Positions 19,342-20,000 of a DNA stretch of 20,000 nt are shown here, one piece after another. Source of the DNA: Chiloscyllium plagiosum. Taxonomy: Eukaryota. The stretch lies in contig NC_057728.1 of assembly GCF_004010195.1 (NCBI RefSeq), forward strand, positions 53,904,825 through 53,924,824, in the 5' to 3' direction. The position numbers were made by a program, and so were the translations under genes. Position 1 is the stretch's first letter; every line of letters begins with the position of its first letter. The notes under the pieces are model-generated. The model was not told where the DNA came from and made no database searches. It saw only the letters and a program-made list of their open reading frames with translations.

Positions 19342-19434
19342 TCTCCTGTTCCCTGGATGCTGCCTGACCTGCTGTGCTGTTCCAGCAATAAAGTTTCAAC
19401 TTTGATCTCCAGCATCTGAAGACTCACTTTCTCC
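19309..19434 (+). mobile_element. 126-bp Penelope family A-related terminal unit flanked by an 11-bp TSD
   Basis: TATCTCTCATT at 19298-19308 and 19435-19445; insert homologous to 2521-2600 and 16169-16296(-). Confidence 0.9.
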
Positions 19435-19467
19435 TATCTCTCATTCTTCCAAATGCCAATGGTGTGT

Positions 19468-19616
19468 TACATAGAACATAGAACATTACAGTGCAGTACA
19501 GGCCCTTCGGCCCTCGATGTTGCGCCACCCTGTCATACTAATCTGAAGCCCATCCCACCTACACTATTCCATCTACGTCCATTTGCCTGTCCAATGACGA
19601 CTTAAATGCACTTAAA
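19468..19616 (-). mobile_element. CR1 3' UTR fragment
   Basis: (CATAGAA)n tail and ACAGGCCCTTCGGCCCTCGATGTTG terminal motif; same tail type as 8650-8802. Confidence 0.85.
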
Positions 19617-20000
19617 CTTTTCCTCCGCTACATTGATGACTGTATCGGCGCTACCTCGTGCTCCCACAAGGAGGTTGAACAGTTCATCCACTTTACCAAC
19701 ACCTTCCACCCCGACCTCAAATTTACCTGGACCATCTCAGACTCCTCCCTCCCCTTCCTAGACCTCTCCATCTCTATCTCGGACGACTGACTCAACATGG
19801 ACGTATACTATAAACTGACTGACTCCCACAGCTACCTTGATTACACCTCTTCCCACCCTGCCCCCTGTAAAAATGCCATCCCATATTCCCAATTCCTTCA
19901 CCTCCGCCACATCTGCTCCCAGGAGGACCAATTCCAATACCGAACAAACCAGACGGCCTCCTTCTTCAAAGACCGCAATTTCCCCTCAGACGTGGTTGAC
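19617..20000 (+). pseudogene. Penelope-like (Neptune-type) reverse transcriptase fragment, 5'-truncated, runs off the window
   Basis: One frame of 128 codons: LFLRYIDDCIG..FTNTFHPDLKFTWTIS..LPFLDLSISISDD*LNMDVYYKLTDSHSYLDYTSSHP..KNAIPYSQFLHLRHICS; YIDD at 19629-19640; single TGA at 19788-19790 (likely CGA to TGA). Confidence 0.92.

Larger units (their letters stand above)
19030..19465 (-). mobile_element. Old CR1 3' fragment interrupted by a hammerhead-bearing mini-insertion
   Basis: AGGAGTGGAAGTAGACCA..TCAAGCCT..CTCTCTGGGGCAGAGAATTCC..CTGTCAAGTCCACTCAGAA..TCTCTCATTCTTCCAAA. Confidence 0.7.

Overview
Repeat-dense, non-coding (intronic or intergenic) vertebrate DNA. The repeat complement (HE1-type V-SINEs, HER1/CR1 LINEs, a Deu-domain SINE, Neptune-type Penelope elements) points to a cartilaginous fish, probably a shark; this is inferred from remembered family sequences, not a database search. 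No host coding exon could be supported, and the ORF track is explained by transposon relics or chance. The window holds several CR1, L2 and Rex1/Babar LINE fragments, at least four SINE families, a decayed ~3.4 kb PIF/Harbinger transposon and a Penelope RT fragment (YIDD) at the right edge. Most notable: (1) three families of Penelope-type termini carrying minimal hammerhead-ribozyme motifs with palindromic helix III, including a 126-bp TSD-flanked unit with an intact core and a head-to-head foldback form; (2) two four-level nested insertions; (3) a perfect 17-bp hairpin inside the decayed Harbinger; (4) minisatellites made of nuclear-receptor DR1 sites and RFX half-sites; (5) a compact ETS/octamer/IRF motif cluster in unique sequence.
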